Source of the DNA: Eledone cirrhosa
Taxonomy: Eukaryota
Direction: 5' to 3'
Length of the DNA stretch: 64,000 nt
Assembly (NCBI GenBank): GCA_964016885.1
Contig: OZ024741.1
Span: 128,898,001-128,962,000 of the forward strand
Shown: piece after piece, positions 62,180 through 64,000 of the stretch
Position numbering within the stretch: the first letter of the stretch is position 1
Layout: each line of letters opens with the position of its first letter
Position numbers and translations under genes: made by a program
Notes under the pieces: model-generated
Database searches by the model: none
The model's input: the letters and a program-made list of their open reading frames with translations, nothing else
What the model was told of the DNA's origin: nothing

Positions 62180-63390
62180 CCTGGGGTTACCGGAAAAACT
62201 TTTGTAACGAAATTGATTCGCGCTAAGATTCGTCAGGAGATAAAAGTTGCGTTGTCCGTTGCATCGTCCGGGATTGCTGCTACTTTGCTGCCGGGAGGCA
62301 GGACAGCACATTCAACCTTTAAACTCCTCTTGGATTTAGTAAAAACTGAGACACCAACATGCAATATCGGCAAGAGTTCACACAAAGCTCTGGTTCTCAA
62401 AAGATGTTACCTCATTGTTTGGGATGAGTGCACAATGGCACACAAGGGTGCCCTTGAGGCATTGGACGGGACCCTGAAAGACATTAGGGATTCTACGACT
62501 CCTATGAGTGGCGTAACCCTTCTGCTATCAGAGGATTTTCGGCAAACGCTGCCTGTCATCCCCAAAGGGACAAGAGCTAATGAAGTGAGTGCCTGCCTTA
62601 AGTCGTCCATGTTGTGGCTCCCGGTGAAGAGTTTGTACCTGAGCACAAAAATGCGTGCTCATTTGCATGGTGACAACATGTCTGCAGCATTTGCTCAGAA
62701 CATTTTAGCACTTGGTGAGGGCAAGGTCCCTGCGCATGACAAGGGCGGCATAGCAATCGACTCCCTGTGCAACATTGTGAGCCGCCCTTCTGACCTTTGG
62801 GAAGCAGTTTTTCCTGATGTCTCATCTAACTTTAAAAACCTCGATTGGCTCAGCGAAAGAGCCATCCTTGCTCCGAAAAATACCATGGTTAATTTTATTA
62901 ATGAGCAGTTGATTGAGAAGATTCCCGGTAAAGAGCACATCTTCAAATCTATCGATTGGATGTCAGACCCTGACGATATCGTTAATTATCCAGTTGAGTT
63001 ATTAAATTCCCTTGAGACCCCAGGGCTCCCACCTCACATTCTTAAGCTTAGGGTTATGCTAATAAGGAACTTGCGTCCACCAAAGCAGTGCAACGGTACT
63101 CGCATGGTCGTCAAGTCACTGACACCCCACTTTTCATTCCAAGGATGAACCTTTTCCCATCGGCGTCAGATATCCCGTTCGATTTCCGGCGAGACCATGT
63201 TTTGCCATGTCCATTAACAAGTCACAAGGGCAAACATTGTTGGTGGCGGGCATCCATTTGGGGGAGCCATGCTTCTCCCATGGCCAACTTTATGTTGTCT
63301 GTTCCCGCGTAGGGAGCAGGAATGCACTTTTTGCTTACACTCCTCAAGGGATGACAGGCAATATCGTCTACAAAGAGGTGCTATAGATGT
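62180..63390 (+). pseudogene. Helitron Pif1-family helicase remnant
   Basis: ORF 62213-63148 (ASSGIAATLLPGGRTAHSTF, LIVWDECTM, RAILAPKN, MLIRNL...CNGTR), with further motifs after frameshifts. Confidence 0.9.
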
Positions 63391-64000
63391 TGGTGTTGGA
63401 GCTATGCCGTCTGGAACACTATTTCCTGGTAGGGTATCCCATGGCGGACAGATCTGACACCCAGCGGCATCAAGCCACGTTTAGCTGTATTCGCTTTCAA
63501 GCCACGTTTAGCTGTATGTAACTTTTGAAAGCAAATGAACAAACCCGAGCAACGCCGGACTAAACTGCTAGTATATTTATATATATATACATACACATAC
63601 ACACATATATGTTTGTGTGTCTATATGTTTGTGTGTCTATATATGTGTGTTTGCATACACTAAGCTTTAGATTTAGTAGAATGTACAACCACTGATTCCA
63701 GCTATTTGCACTATCATATATTTGGGTTTCTAGTAATTCCCTGGGGAATTGGTTGACCAAATGCTTTGCTTAATTGTTTTATTTATTTATTTTTTTTATT
63801 TTATTCTTTCTCTTAGATTTCAGGGGTTTTTTTAAAGCAAAGCATTGGCCCCTAAAATACTACAGTGGGCCCTGCAATGCTACTGTGGGCTCTTGCAATG
63901 CTTCCATTGGGCAACCTGGCAACCTGGCCAGTCTGCCACTGTATATATATATATATAATATAATTATTGATGTTTGGAAAGTATCCATCAATAGAAATTA

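Larger units (their letters stand above)
59990..63571 (+). mobile_element. Decayed autonomous-type Helitron (Rep plus Pif1 helicase)
   Basis: Rep motifs RHDLIARVF, VEWQK, VVPYCPLL and KYICKYVNKG. Helicase motifs PGVTGKTF, WDECTM, DFRQTLPV, NKSQGQT and SHGQLYV. 3' hairpin cccgagcaacgccgg then CTAG|T at 63568-63572. The 5' end lies in a TA tract and is approximate. Confidence 0.92.

Noticed and set aside
61634-62311. Gly/Phe-rich minus-strand ORFs
   Set aside because: Translations of the C/A-rich minisatellite.

Overview
Repeat-dense, AT-rich animal genomic DNA with abundant TA/CA/GATA microsatellites. The SINE/LINE repertoire resembles coleoid cephalopod (octopus-like) genomes, which is an inference from recognition and not a search result. 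Host genes: five minus-strand exons (57251 to 42196) splice in frame into the C-terminal part of an ankyrin-repeat protein, and there is a tentative plus-strand exon pair (39284-39610, 41290-41314) with a mitochondrial-presequence-like start. Mobile DNA: a near-full-length Tx1-clade (L1-like) retrotransposon (47494-53300) flanked by two 5'-truncated relatives, all three ending in (TATC)n; a decayed Rep/Pif1 Helitron (about 59990-63571) and two non-autonomous Helitrons; a Penelope-like GIY-YIG fragment with inverted terminal repeats; several type-I hammerhead ribozyme motifs in direct, inverted or palindromic repeats; TTAA/piggyBac-type MITEs, one holding a 60-bp internal array; a Gypsy integrase fragment; RTE and CR1/L2-like LINE fragments; and many tRNA-derived SINEs. 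The 7.9-25 kb region is a compound repeat: an ~860-bp higher-order satellite, degenerate hexamer blocks and a ~7.2-kb-offset duplication. The most notable observations are the apparent (TATC)n specificity of the Tx1 family, splice-like signals between its ORF1 and ORF2, and the set of hammerhead-bearing repeats. Coordinates were counted by eye and repeat boundaries are approximate.
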